NCBI RefSeq assembly: GCF_000175255.2
Contig: NC_017262.1
Location: 600,001 to 632,000, forward strand
Reading direction: 5' to 3'
Origin: Zymomonas mobilis subsp. mobilis ATCC 10988
Lineage (GTDB): Bacteria; Pseudomonadota; Alphaproteobacteria; Sphingomonadales; Sphingomonadaceae
DNA length: 32,000 nucleotides
A model generated the notes under the pieces. It saw nothing but the letters and a program-made list of their open reading frames with translations. It searched no databases and was not told the origin of the DNA. Below, in pieces: positions 8,274 through 17,994 of this stretch. The position numbers and the translations under genes are program-made. Within the stretch, counting starts at the first letter, position 1, and each line of letters starts with the position of its first letter.

Positions 8274-8525
8274 ATGAAAAATGATGTAAATTTTTCCGAA
8301 GAAAGCATCGAAATCTTCAAAATTTTATCTGAACGGTTAACCACAGGGCAAAAGGATAGCCCTACCGCGCAGGCCGAAAGAAAAAGACAATCTTTCGCTG
8401 ACAAGCCTTCTTCTGTCACGGCGCTAATAGAATTACTGACGCAAGAGGAAGGAACACAGACAAGTTTTCTCGAAATTCTAGACGGGCATTTTAACCCTGA
8501 TGCCTTAAAAACATCCCAGATATGA
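8274..8525 (+). CDS. Hypothetical small acidic protein (83 aa from the ATG)
   Basis: This is the only ORF that fits the 8197-8550 gap without overlapping neighbours, and its codon pattern is plausible. I recognise no motif and the SD is weak. The competing minus-strand ORF 8240-8701 overlaps the porin gene and is Cys-rich junk. Confidence 0.35.
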   Translation: MKNDVNFSEESIEIFKILSERLTTGQKDSPTAQAERKRQSFADKPSSVTALIELLTQEEGTQTSFLEILDGHFNPDALKTSQI

Positions 8526-8550
8526 AAAAACTTGTCCTTTCCAAATCTTT

Positions 8551-10710
8551 TTACTGGAATGGCAAATAGCGCAAACTCAAGAATAATTCGCTCATATGCG
8601 TTGTCGGTGAACCGCCAGTGCCACGCCATGCCTCGCGGGTAGAATAGGCTAATTGGACACCGGCCTGAACCGTGCCATAATGGCCTTTCAAGAAACGCCA
8701 CCAGCCACCAATTGTCGCTTCACTAATCCGTTTTGTGCTACCAACACAAGCCGTCGAAAGCTCGGTATTACAACCGCTGTTATTATAAAGCGGATTACCG
8801 TACCCATAATCGTGCCCATTCTCGGTGAAATAAGAACGCCCAGATTCCTGAATTCCGTAATAGCCATAAAGATCAAGCCGTGGTGTAACATGCCCCATAA
8901 TACCAGCGGTTGCCTGCATACTCCATAAAGGAACAGGCCGCCCTTCGGCATCCAATGTGGCATCGGGTAACAAGGCGGCACCATAATGCCCGATCCCTTT
9001 CCCGACCAAACCAGCTAATCGCAATTCGACCTTTTTCGGGATCAATGGCAACACCATAGAACCACCACCACCGCCGGTCAGAACCGTATTATTATGCCCA
9101 ACACCATCAGCCGTGGTTACCCGATCATGTGGCATATGCATAATACCGACAACTTCATAATGCCCCCAAGCCGGATCCCAAGCCAATTTACCGATAATAT
9201 CGGGCGACACTTCGGCAGAATATGCCGATGGCTGGGTCAAACCGACACCATTTGAGGTAATGGTCGTTGTCGAACCATTGGGCATAACAATGCGTCCGGC
9301 ATTATTGGTGAAACCGGTTGTGTCATACATGGTAGCCGGATTTTCAATAGAAATCGCGGCCCAAAAACGATGGTTAAACCAGTCTTTAGCTACACGAACT
9401 TGCCACTGTCTTGCCCATGTCTGCCCAGCTAGAATAGAGGCTTCCGCGGTTTCAGCGACACTTTCCTGACGAGGCGTAATACCGACACGGTTCGGGGTTA
9501 ACAAACTCCATGCCTGACCACCCAAAACATGGAAATTATAGCGACTATCATCATATGCCAAATAGGCTTGGCGCAATCGGATAATATAACTGCTACTTTC
9601 ATAGGGGTTTGTTGTTGACCCCCCAGCCCCGAAATCAGTTTCAACAAAACCTGAAATCGTCGAATGTTGGGATACCGTGCCGCGCATCAATAGCGACAAT
9701 CGGGTATAGCGTGCGCTCGCTTCCGTATTCGCGGTATGATAGTCAGGATTATTTTTAAAGGGCATCGACTTCCATGAATTAAAGGTGCCGGAGGCTATAT
9801 GACGGTTTGAAACCAGACCAGAGGCATCAATAAAACCACCCAAAATAAAGGTCATCGGGCCCAGATTGAAAACGCCATGGTCACCCAAAGCACCCGCCAA
9901 CTGCGCACCGGCGGTTTCTCTTGGATGCGGACCCACGCCGTTATTGGCTGTCATCGAAATAATATCGCGGGCATGGCGCGCAATAATAGCTTCCGTCGGC
10001 ACATCCGTGTGTTTGAATAACTCGACTGCGCCGTTATCACCCTCTCTAATCTGGGCAATATCACCCCCTACATTACTAGCAAAAGCGGCATCTGCCTTTG
10101 CCTGATCGGTGCTGGTATTGGACGATGTCGAAGGCACATTGCCTAAATTAGCCATACCATATTGGTCGCTCTGATTTTGGAAAGGATCCATCACCAGATC
10201 GAGACTTTTATTGCTATCAGCAGCATTGCTTTTATTGGGAGCCGCTGAGGAAGCAAGCGCCGTGCTATTATTCCCTAGATTTGTAGCGGCTGTCGCAGTA
10301 GAATCCGGTGCTACCGTTGTCAAAGCAGGGGTATTTTTATCAGCCGTAGCCAGATGAGTATCCGCCGGAGTCTCATTCACTTTATTGGCTGGCGGTGTTA
10401 CAGCATTATTGGCCAGCATAGGCGCATTAGATGGAGCGGCTTCAGGCGTTTTTTTCTGATCTCCAGCCGAAGCCATGGTCGATTGCTGTTGTTTTTTTGC
10501 GAGTAATTGCTGTCTGACTGCCAATAAATCTTGCTGCAAAGCCGCCTGCGCCTGCTCAATATGGCGGATTTCCTGTTCAAGCGTTTCGATAGAAACGGCC
10601 TCATTCTTGGTAGCCGCCTGTCCAGTATTTTGAGCCGTGGCAGGGAATAAAGGTGCCATCATAAATCCGGCCAGCAATAGCTTCCGGCATCTTTTCGAGA
10701 CCCGCTCCAT
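8551..10710 (-). CDS. Putative outer-membrane beta-barrel (porin-like) protein with an N-terminal coiled coil and a long low-complexity linker
   Basis: A signal peptide follows the ATG at 10710 (MERVSKRCRKLLLAGFMMAPLFPATA/Q). Next come a Q/L-rich heptad segment (LEQEIRHIEQAQAALQQDLLAVRQQLLAKKQQQ) and about 150-200 aa rich in A/N/S/T/P. The roughly 450-aa C-terminal region has alternating, aromatic-rich beta-strand character and ends ...LFLSLRYLPFQ. The ORF is open upstream to a TTG at 10797. Family assignment is uncertain. Confidence 0.7.
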   Translation of the reverse strand: MERVSKRCRKLLLAGFMMAPLFPATAQNTGQAATKNEAVSIETLEQEIRHIEQAQAALQQDLLAVRQQLLAKKQQQSTMASAGDQKKTPEAAPSNAPMLANNAVTPPANKVNETPADTHLATADKNTPALTTVAPDSTATAATNLGNNSTALASSAAPNKSNAADSNKSLDLVMDPFQNQSDQYGMANLGNVPSTSSNTSTDQAKADAAFASNVGGDIAQIREGDNGAVELFKHTDVPTEAIIARHARDIISMTANNGVGPHPRETAGAQLAGALGDHGVFNLGPMTFILGGFIDASGLVSNRHIASGTFNSWKSMPFKNNPDYHTANTEASARYTRLSLLMRGTVSQHSTISGFVETDFGAGGSTTNPYESSSYIIRLRQAYLAYDDSRYNFHVLGGQAWSLLTPNRVGITPRQESVAETAEASILAGQTWARQWQVRVAKDWFNHRFWAAISIENPATMYDTTGFTNNAGRIVMPNGSTTTITSNGVGLTQPSAYSAEVSPDIIGKLAWDPAWGHYEVVGIMHMPHDRVTTADGVGHNNTVLTGGGGGSMVLPLIPKKVELRLAGLVGKGIGHYGAALLPDATLDAEGRPVPLWSMQATAGIMGHVTPRLDLYGYYGIQESGRSYFTENGHDYGYGNPLYNNSGCNTELSTACVGSTKRISEATIGGWWRFLKGHYGTVQAGVQLAYSTREAWRGTGGSPTTHMSELFLSLRYLPFQ

Positions 10711-10960
10711 ACGCAAGGAAGAGGCCGTTTGGCCTTTGGCTACCGTTTGTTTTTTTCTGTTTTTCACGGTGTCACTATCGTTGGCATTGTGTTTCAAATT
10801 ATGACAGCCTCATTTAAATATTATTATACCGCAGAGTGAGACACTCTATTTTTTAACTTTTATTCCCATTTTTCCCCAAAAATATACAGATATTTTTACA
10901 CGGCTATTATTTTGATATGACAAAATTTATAAACAAAGAAGCCTAATGTAAGAAATTATT

Positions 10961-13741
10961 TCACTTCTCGCTTATTCTTGCTGCATCGGCCGCAGCAAGC
11001 AACCGTTTCTCGATTGCTTTCAACCGATTCTGATTTGTGATTTTATGGGAAAATAAATCAGAGACATAGAAAACATCGACAGCCCGTTCTCCATAAGTGG
11101 CGATATGAGCCGAACTAATCGTTAAACGGGCATTAAACAGGGCGCAACCCAGATCATGGAGCAAGGCAGGCCTGTCTTGGGCGTTGACTTCAATGACGGT
11201 AAAGCGATCAGAAGCCTGATTGTCAATAAAAACCAAAGGTTCGACATGGAACGCCTTGCCACGCCAAAAGAGGGGCGGACGGAGGGCTGCTAATTTATTG
11301 CTACTTCGAATATGGCTGGTCGCGGCATCCTCAATAGCCTGCATCATCCGGTTCAGATGCTCACCGGATTTAATCATGCCCCCTTGGCTATTTTGGACTA
11401 ATAAATTATCCATCGCCATACCGTCGCGGGTCGTATGAATACGAGCATCAAGAATATTGCCGCCAGTCGCATGGATAGCCCCAGAAATCCGGTAGAAAAA
11501 CCCTGGATGATCGATCGCATAGAGACTTATCATCGTGGCATCATAAGCGGGCATCTCATGCCCCCTTACCGAGATGGATTGCCCCTTACTATCCGTGTCT
11601 ATTATCTGTTGCATATTGGCGGCAATGACGTCGGTTCGTTCTGAAAACCAATAGTCATCCGGCAAACGCTTTACCAAAGCATGGAATAAATCCTTATCCC
11701 AATCCAGCTTTTCACTGACATCATTCTGGCGGTTTTCAATCCGCTGCCGCCTTCCGGCACCATGTCCGGTCGGGCCCTCCAAAAGGCATTGAGAGCAAGC
11801 CTCATAGAGAGAGGTCAATAACTGGTTCTTCCAACTATTCCAGATATGGGGGCCAACAGCCGAAATATCCGCCACCGTTAAAAGATATAACAAACGCAGT
11901 CTTTCAGGACTTTTGACGGCATTTGCGAAATCAGTAATCGTTTTGGCATCCGCTAAATCACGCTGAAAAGCGGTATGAGACATCAATAAATGATTTTTGA
12001 CCAGCCATGCCACCAGCTTCGTTTCAGCCGCAGTTAAGCCGAAACGCGGACATAAACGTAAGGCGATTTCCGCGCCCAAAGCAGAATGACTTCCCTCTCG
12101 GCCTTTGGCAATATCATGCAAAAACAAAGCCATATATAGCACAAGACGGGCATTCAGTTGTTTAAACAGCCGACTTCCCAAAGGATATAAATCTTCAAGC
12201 TTGTTGTTTTCTATCTGCCATAAAATATCCAATGCTCGGATGGCATGTTCATCGACTGTATAATGGTGATACATATCGAATTGCATCTGGGCGACGATCC
12301 GGCCAAAATCAGGAATAAACCGCCCTAAAACGCCGGTATTATTCATAATTTTCAAAATCGGGGCAGGATTATAAGGCAAGGTAAAAAGCGTTAAAAAAGC
12401 CGCATTACAAACAGGGTTATTCTGTAACGCCTCGTCAATCAGACGGGCATCGCGTCCGGCTTGGCGTAAAGTCAAAGGATGAATATCCAAACGATGACGA
12501 TAGGCGACGGCAAAAAGGGTAATCAAAGCCGCCGGATTGTGGCGAAAGAAAAAATCATCATCAAGGACAATTTCGCCTTGAATAACGGGAAAACCATCAA
12601 TCTGTTTTGAAGCCCCCGACCGCCTGCTTTTCGGCTTCAAATAATGGTTAACCTTCAAGGCATCAATGAAAAGCGCAGCCAGATTTCCGACCATCTTCGT
12701 GACCAGAAAATAGTGATGCATAAAGCGCTCGACAGCTGATTTCCCCGATTTCGAGCGATAGCCCATCTTTTCAGCCAGACTGCGCTGGACATCAAAATTC
12801 AATCTTTCTTCGGGGCGTTTAACTAAAATATGCAAATGACAGCGCACTGCCCATAGAAAATTTTCGCAGCGACGGAATCTTTTTGCCTCATGCCCCGCAA
12901 TCAGATCGGCTTTTACCAAGGCGTAATCAGTCAAAATAGGCGAAGTCAGAACCGTATGACGGGCTTCTTTTTCCAAATACAAATATTTGGCGATCCAGAA
13001 CAGGCTTTGCAGATCCCGCAATCCGCCCTTGCCTTCTTTCAAATGCGGTTCAACCAGATAGCGGCTGTCGCCACGGGCCAAATGCCGCTCATCCCATTCC
13101 AATAATTTGGCAGCAACAAAGTCACGCCCCGAACCCGCAACCACCTTTTGGATAAAACGGGTCGAAGCCTCTTCAAACAACGCCTTATCACCGACCAGAT
13201 AGCGACTTTCTAAAAGAGCTGTTCTGATCGTGATATCTTTTTTCGCCATTTTTACCATATCGCTTAAACTGCGATGGGATTGGCTAACCCGTAAACCGAC
13301 ATCCCAAAGCAAGGATATCAAGGATTCAATCAATTTTTTTTGAGCTTTGCGGGGTGATCGTCGGGATAAAAAGGCGATATCCACATCGGAATGCAGTGCC
13401 ATCTCACCTCTGCCATATCCGCCCACCGCTAAAATAACCAGATTATCGGTCGCTTTTTCGTCATCGCCGACCATGGCATACAAGGCCAACTGAATAATCT
13501 GATCGGTAAGATAGGCATAACTCAAAGCCGCAATTCGGCCTTGATGCGGGCGGCGGGTCAAAGCCTCGGCAATAACCTCCCGTCCTTTTAAAACGGTCTG
13601 TTTTAATACAAGGCTGACAGCACGGTATTCCGAAACCGGATCACCGGCTGCCACCTTTTTAATCGAAGCGATTTCTTCTTTTATGGCCGGATAATCAATA
13701 ATCTGTGGCTGGGAAGCCAAGGATAAAAAAGATACCGGCAT
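10961..13741 (-). CDS. glnD: Bifunctional [protein-PII] uridylyltransferase / uridylyl-removing enzyme GlnD
   Basis: The 926-aa ORF has the nucleotidyltransferase motif (AVGGYGRGEMALHSDVDI), an HD domain (LFLHDIAKG) and two C-terminal ACT domains. Confidence 0.95.
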   Translation of the reverse strand: MPVSFLSLASQPQIIDYPAIKEEIASIKKVAAGDPVSEYRAVSLVLKQTVLKGREVIAEALTRRPHQGRIAALSYAYLTDQIIQLALYAMVGDDEKATDNLVILAVGGYGRGEMALHSDVDIAFLSRRSPRKAQKKLIESLISLLWDVGLRVSQSHRSLSDMVKMAKKDITIRTALLESRYLVGDKALFEEASTRFIQKVVAGSGRDFVAAKLLEWDERHLARGDSRYLVEPHLKEGKGGLRDLQSLFWIAKYLYLEKEARHTVLTSPILTDYALVKADLIAGHEAKRFRRCENFLWAVRCHLHILVKRPEERLNFDVQRSLAEKMGYRSKSGKSAVERFMHHYFLVTKMVGNLAALFIDALKVNHYLKPKSRRSGASKQIDGFPVIQGEIVLDDDFFFRHNPAALITLFAVAYRHRLDIHPLTLRQAGRDARLIDEALQNNPVCNAAFLTLFTLPYNPAPILKIMNNTGVLGRFIPDFGRIVAQMQFDMYHHYTVDEHAIRALDILWQIENNKLEDLYPLGSRLFKQLNARLVLYMALFLHDIAKGREGSHSALGAEIALRLCPRFGLTAAETKLVAWLVKNHLLMSHTAFQRDLADAKTITDFANAVKSPERLRLLYLLTVADISAVGPHIWNSWKNQLLTSLYEACSQCLLEGPTGHGAGRRQRIENRQNDVSEKLDWDKDLFHALVKRLPDDYWFSERTDVIAANMQQIIDTDSKGQSISVRGHEMPAYDATMISLYAIDHPGFFYRISGAIHATGGNILDARIHTTRDGMAMDNLLVQNSQGGMIKSGEHLNRMMQAIEDAATSHIRSSNKLAALRPPLFWRGKAFHVEPLVFIDNQASDRFTVIEVNAQDRPALLHDLGCALFNARLTISSAHIATYGERAVDVFYVSDLFSHKITNQNRLKAIEKRLLAAADAARISEK

Positions 13742-13754
13742 AAAATTTCCTCAC

Positions 13755-15734
13755 TTATTTCAGATCGGGCGGGGTGGCCTCCTCCAACAATAAGGCAATT
13801 GCTTCATCAACCGAAAGAATAATCTGGTCGCGGCTGCCCAATTTTCTGATAGCCACTTTGCCTTCTTCGGCTTCGCGTTTACCGACCACCAAAATATTCG
13901 GCACTTTGGTCAGACTATGTTCGCGAATCTTGTAGTTGATTTTTTCGTTACGAATGTCGGAAACGACCCGCAAACCGGCAGCTTTCATCTTTTCAACAAC
14001 CGATTCAGCAAAGCTGTCTGCTTCTGAAACAATGGTTGCCACAACGGCTTGAACCGGTGCCATCCACAGTGGGAAACGTCCGGCATGATGCTCGATCAAA
14101 ATACCGATAAAGCGTTCAAAGGTGCCGATAATCGCACGATGAAGCATAACAGGCCGTTTGCGGCTACCATCTTCGGCGACATAGCTGGCATCCAGTCTTT
14201 CCGGCAGAACATAATCAAGCTGCAAGGTGCCGCATTGCCATGTCCGGCCAATTGCATCCGTCAAATGGAATTCGAGTTTCGGGCCATAAAAAGCGCCCTC
14301 ACCCGGCAATTCTTCATAATCGGTAATACCGACCTGTTCCAAAGCCGAGCGCAGACCATTTTCAGCATTATCCCATAATTCATCATCACCGGCACGCAAT
14401 TCAGGCCGCAAGGATAATTTCACAGCATAGCTGGTAAAGCCCAAATCGCGATAAATTGAATCCAACAGATTCACAAAATCTTTGGTTTCGGTAACGATTT
14501 GTTCGGCGGTGCAGAAGATATGGGCATCATCTTGGGTCAACTGACGAACCCGCATCAAACCATGTAAAGCGCCATGGGCTTCATTGCGATGACAGCAACC
14601 AAATTCCAGCATTCTTAAAGGCAGTTCGCGATAGGAACGAATACCCTGTTTAAAAATCTGGATATGAGCAGGGCAGTTCATCGGCTTCAAAGCCATCAGA
14701 TTACCCTTACCCGACAATACCGGCTTATCTGGATCGGTGCTTGGGATTTCGTCAGGAACGACGAACATATTCTCGCGGAATTTGCCCCAATGTCCAGAAG
14801 CCTCCCACAAAGCCGCATCCATCAATTGCGGCGTTTTCACTTCTTTATAATTGGCATTCTTCATGCGACGACGAAGATAGGCTTCCAACTGTAACCAGAT
14901 GGTATAGCCATTCGGATGCCAGAAAACCGAACCTTGGGCTTCCTGCTGTAAATGGAATAAATCCATTTCCTGACCCAAACGACGATGATCGCGTTTCTGG
15001 GCTTCTTCCAGTCTTTCGAGATGCACTTTCAGCTGCTTGGCGTTTAACCAACCGGTGCCGTAAATACGGCTCAACATGGCATTATTCTGGTCACCACGCC
15101 AATAGGCACCCGAAACACGGGTCAGCTTAAAGGCCTTTGGATCAAGTTTTCCGGTAGAAGGCAGATGAGGCCCCCGACACATATCGAACCACTCTCCGGC
15201 GCGATAGATAGTCAGCTCCTGCCCTTCCGGTAATTCTTTTGCCCATTCGGCCTTGAATTTTTCGCCCTGCGATTCCCAAAGGGAAATCAGCTTGTCCCGT
15301 TCCCAAACTTCACGCACCAATGCATTATTCTGGGCGATAATTTTCCGCATTTCGGCTTCGATCAGCGGCAAATCTTCTTCGGTGAAAGGCCGATCTTTCG
15401 GCGCAAAATCATAATAGAAGCCGTCATCTGTCACTGGACCAAAAGTAATTTGGGTTCCGGGGAATAATTTCTGGACAGCTTCTGCCAAAATATGGGCATA
15501 ATCATGCCGCACCAGTTCCAGCGCCTCGGCTTCATTTTCGGCCGTAATGATTTCCAACCGGCCATCTTCCAAAAGCGGCTGAGAAAGATCTATCATCTGA
15601 CCATTAAAACGGGCGGCCAAAGCCTTTTTGGCAAGGGATGTAGAAATAGAGGCGGCGATCTGGGTGGTAGTAGTGCCCTGCAGAACCTCGCGCTCCGAAT
15701 TGTCAATAAGCGTGATCCTGATCTTCTCAGCCAT
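13755..15734 (-). CDS. thrS: Threonine--tRNA ligase
   Basis: The 659-aa ORF has the TGS domain, the editing domain (HDYAHILAEAV), class II core motifs (FRCGPHL-like MCRGPHL, HRNEAHGALHGLMRVR) and an anticodon-binding domain. Confidence 0.97.
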   Translation of the reverse strand: MAEKIRITLIDNSEREVLQGTTTTQIAASISTSLAKKALAARFNGQMIDLSQPLLEDGRLEIITAENEAEALELVRHDYAHILAEAVQKLFPGTQITFGPVTDDGFYYDFAPKDRPFTEEDLPLIEAEMRKIIAQNNALVREVWERDKLISLWESQGEKFKAEWAKELPEGQELTIYRAGEWFDMCRGPHLPSTGKLDPKAFKLTRVSGAYWRGDQNNAMLSRIYGTGWLNAKQLKVHLERLEEAQKRDHRRLGQEMDLFHLQQEAQGSVFWHPNGYTIWLQLEAYLRRRMKNANYKEVKTPQLMDAALWEASGHWGKFRENMFVVPDEIPSTDPDKPVLSGKGNLMALKPMNCPAHIQIFKQGIRSYRELPLRMLEFGCCHRNEAHGALHGLMRVRQLTQDDAHIFCTAEQIVTETKDFVNLLDSIYRDLGFTSYAVKLSLRPELRAGDDELWDNAENGLRSALEQVGITDYEELPGEGAFYGPKLEFHLTDAIGRTWQCGTLQLDYVLPERLDASYVAEDGSRKRPVMLHRAIIGTFERFIGILIEHHAGRFPLWMAPVQAVVATIVSEADSFAESVVEKMKAAGLRVVSDIRNEKINYKIREHSLTKVPNILVVGKREAEEGKVAIRKLGSRDQIILSVDEAIALLLEEATPPDLK

Positions 15735-15997
15735 TCTCGTCTTTCTTTTATTTCAAAGATGTTAATATCGAAGCGGCAAAACCGCTTCAGAGGCTTATGC
15801 GCGGTCTTACCCTTATGTTGCAACCTCTGATCTGCGCTAATGATACATTATATCATCAATAGCAAGCCCACAGGATTCTAGCAGTTAAGATAGACCCCTT
15901 CTAAAAAAAGCGTTAAAGATATTAGCTTTATAAATCCAGTAAGTAAGCTGGCGTTATTTCAGAACTGACAGTTTTTTAAAGTAGGCTTATTACGACG

Positions 15998-16741
15998 ATG
16001 ACAAGTGCTTTTATCAAATCGGCTCATGGGAAACAGTTATCCTATCATAAATTGGAAGGATCAGGCCCCACCATCGTCTTCCTACCGGGCTATATGTCCG
16101 ATATGCACGGTTCCAAAGCCATCGCCCTCGGCGCATGGGCGGCTGAAAAGAAACGTTCCTGCCTGCGCTTTGACTATTCCGGCTGCGGCGAAAGCGAAGG
16201 CGATTTTCAAGACGGTACACTGACCGAATGGCTGGAAGACTGCCTGTCCGTCATTGACCAACTCACCGAAGGCCGTCTTATTCTGGTCGGCTCTTCTATG
16301 GGCGGCTGGCTGATGTTGTTGGCGGCACTTCGTCGCCCTGAACGGATTGCGGGATTGGTCGGCTTGGCTGCTGCGCCTGATTTCACGGAATGGGGTTTCT
16401 CTGAAAAGGAGAAGGCGATTATCGAACAACAGGGGAAATTAGTTATCCCTGTTGATGATGCCGGTAATGAAGTCTTTGTCACCCGCGCCTTTTGGGAAAG
16501 TGGTCAAAAAAATCTACTCATGACCCAAAAAATCGACATTCAATGCCCTGTCCGTCTTATCCAAGGCCAAAAGGATACAGAAGTGCCATGGCAAAATGCC
16601 TTGATGCTTTCTGAAAAACTGGCCTCTGATAATATTCGCGTCACGATGGTCAAAGATGCCGATCATAGACTGTCACGTTCTTCGGATATTCATCTGATTA
16701 TCAATACTCTGTCCGAATTATTGGCCGAAATTCCCGCCTGA
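15998..16741 (+). CDS. Alpha/beta-fold hydrolase
   Basis: The 247-aa ORF has the nucleophile elbow GSSMGG, a late Asp/His pair (KDADH) and typical length. Confidence 0.85.
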   Translation: MTSAFIKSAHGKQLSYHKLEGSGPTIVFLPGYMSDMHGSKAIALGAWAAEKKRSCLRFDYSGCGESEGDFQDGTLTEWLEDCLSVIDQLTEGRLILVGSSMGGWLMLLAALRRPERIAGLVGLAAAPDFTEWGFSEKEKAIIEQQGKLVIPVDDAGNEVFVTRAFWESGQKNLLMTQKIDIQCPVRLIQGQKDTEVPWQNALMLSEKLASDNIRVTMVKDADHRLSRSSDIHLIINTLSELLAEIPA

Positions 16742-16766
16742 TATTTCCCGATAAAAAGCAGGTATC

Positions 16767-17792
16767 ATGATCCTTTCTCTTTTTGCTTTACTCGCTGCCA
16801 CTGACCAGATGGCTCCACCGGCTGCCAATAGCGCACCGGTTGAAGCTGCCTCGGAAATCCCGTCGCTTTCTTTGCCCAAATCACCGGTTTTTCTGGCAAC
16901 AGGCCCCCGAGAAAGCACCCCCAAACTGACCAATTCTCCCAAAGAAACCACGACATCAGCCCCTTCGGGAGCGGCAAAAAACGTAAAAAAAAACAGCCGT
17001 GATCGAAAAAAAGAAAAACAAGATAACGAGACCCTAAAGGTCATTGTGCCAAATGCCAGCTTGAAACAACGCTATGACCAATGCGTTAATATGATTGACC
17101 GCGACCCCGAACAGGCCGCCGAAATCGCTAATACATGGCGTTTAAGTGCAGGAGGTGTGCTAGCCAACCAATGTTTGGGCATGGCCTATGTCGCCCTTGG
17201 TCGGTATTCTGCGGGGGTTGATTCCTTTGAACAGGCCGCAAGGGAATCCGATCTTGAACATGATGGCCGCTCTGCCATTTTCTGGTCACAAGCGGGAAAT
17301 GCCGCCTTGGCTAATCAGGACCCGGGGGCGGCGCGCAATGCTTTCGATCATGCGCTGATGTCACCGGTTATGCCGGATAAAATGCGGGGCAATACCCTAT
17401 CCGACCGCGCCCGCGCAGATGTTGCGGTGGGCGACTATGCCATTGCCCGACAGGATATCGACAAAGCTCTCAAGCTTATTCCGAAAGATGCCACCGCATG
17501 GCTCATGTCAGCTACTTTGGCACGGCATCAAGGGGATTTGACCCGTGCCAAAAATGATATTACCGAGGCAGAAAAATTCGCGCCACTTGATACCCATGTT
17601 TCTTTTGAAAAAGGCCTGATTTACGCCCTTTCTGGCGATAAAGAGACAGCAAAATCAGCATGGGAAAGAACTATTCGAGCCAATCCCTCCGCCGAAATTG
17701 CTGAGGTCGCGCGCAAGGCACTTTCTGAAATAGATGATATGCCAGCCAATGCCGCAACAGAACCAAAATCGACAGCGCCCAAAGCACCCTAA
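16767..17792 (+). CDS. TPR-repeat protein with a hydrophobic N-terminus and a P/S/T/K-rich linker
   Basis: The 341-aa ORF begins MILSLFALLAA, followed by a low-complexity region and then TPR-like helical pairs (GRYSAGVDSFEQAA, GDYAIARQDIDKALKLIPKD, GDLTRAKNDITEAEKFAP, GDKETAKSAWERTIRANP). An in-frame stop at 16752 fixes the start. Confidence 0.75.
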   Translation: MILSLFALLAATDQMAPPAANSAPVEAASEIPSLSLPKSPVFLATGPRESTPKLTNSPKETTTSAPSGAAKNVKKNSRDRKKEKQDNETLKVIVPNASLKQRYDQCVNMIDRDPEQAAEIANTWRLSAGGVLANQCLGMAYVALGRYSAGVDSFEQAARESDLEHDGRSAIFWSQAGNAALANQDPGAARNAFDHALMSPVMPDKMRGNTLSDRARADVAVGDYAIARQDIDKALKLIPKDATAWLMSATLARHQGDLTRAKNDITEAEKFAPLDTHVSFEKGLIYALSGDKETAKSAWERTIRANPSAEIAEVARKALSEIDDMPANAATEPKSTAPKAP

Positions 17793-17879
17793 AATTTTTG
17801 AGACGAAAGCGCCTTTTTCTGCCAAAATCTTAAAAATAAAAGCAATAAGCGGTGATAGGATAAAAAAACAAAGAGAATG

Positions 17880-17910
17880 CAGATAAGGCAGCCTTTTTCT
17901 GTATTTTTTT
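17880..17910 (+). terminator. Probable intrinsic terminator downstream of the TPR gene
   Basis: CAGATAAGG-CAGC-CTTTTTCTG is a 9-bp stem with one mismatch and one G-U pair, followed by TATTTTTTT. Confidence 0.4.
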
Positions 17911-17994
17911 CTATAAAAGAGAATGGTTGCAGTCATTTTGCAAAAGCCGGTATTTTACAGGCCAAGGTAGAATCTGTTCTGAAAGGCATGAGCG

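Noticed and set aside
8240-8701. A 153-aa minus-strand ORF.
   Set aside because: It overlaps the 3' end of the porin-like gene by about 150 nt in another frame. It has a Cys/Trp-rich, non-protein-like composition.
15770-15788. Hairpin GAAGCGG-CAAAA-CCGCTTC in the thrS 5' leader, considered as a tRNA-Thr anticodon-arm mimic (E. coli-style thrS operator) or a T-box element.
   Set aside because: On the thrS strand the loop reads UUUUG and contains no NGU threonine anticodon in a 7-nt loop. No T-box specifier or antiterminator architecture is visible. It is probably just a leader hairpin.
16718-17044. Minus-strand ORFs 16718-17044 and 16765-16977.
   Set aside because: They are antisense to the 5' low-complexity part of the TPR gene and overlap the hydrolase stop, and they have no motifs.
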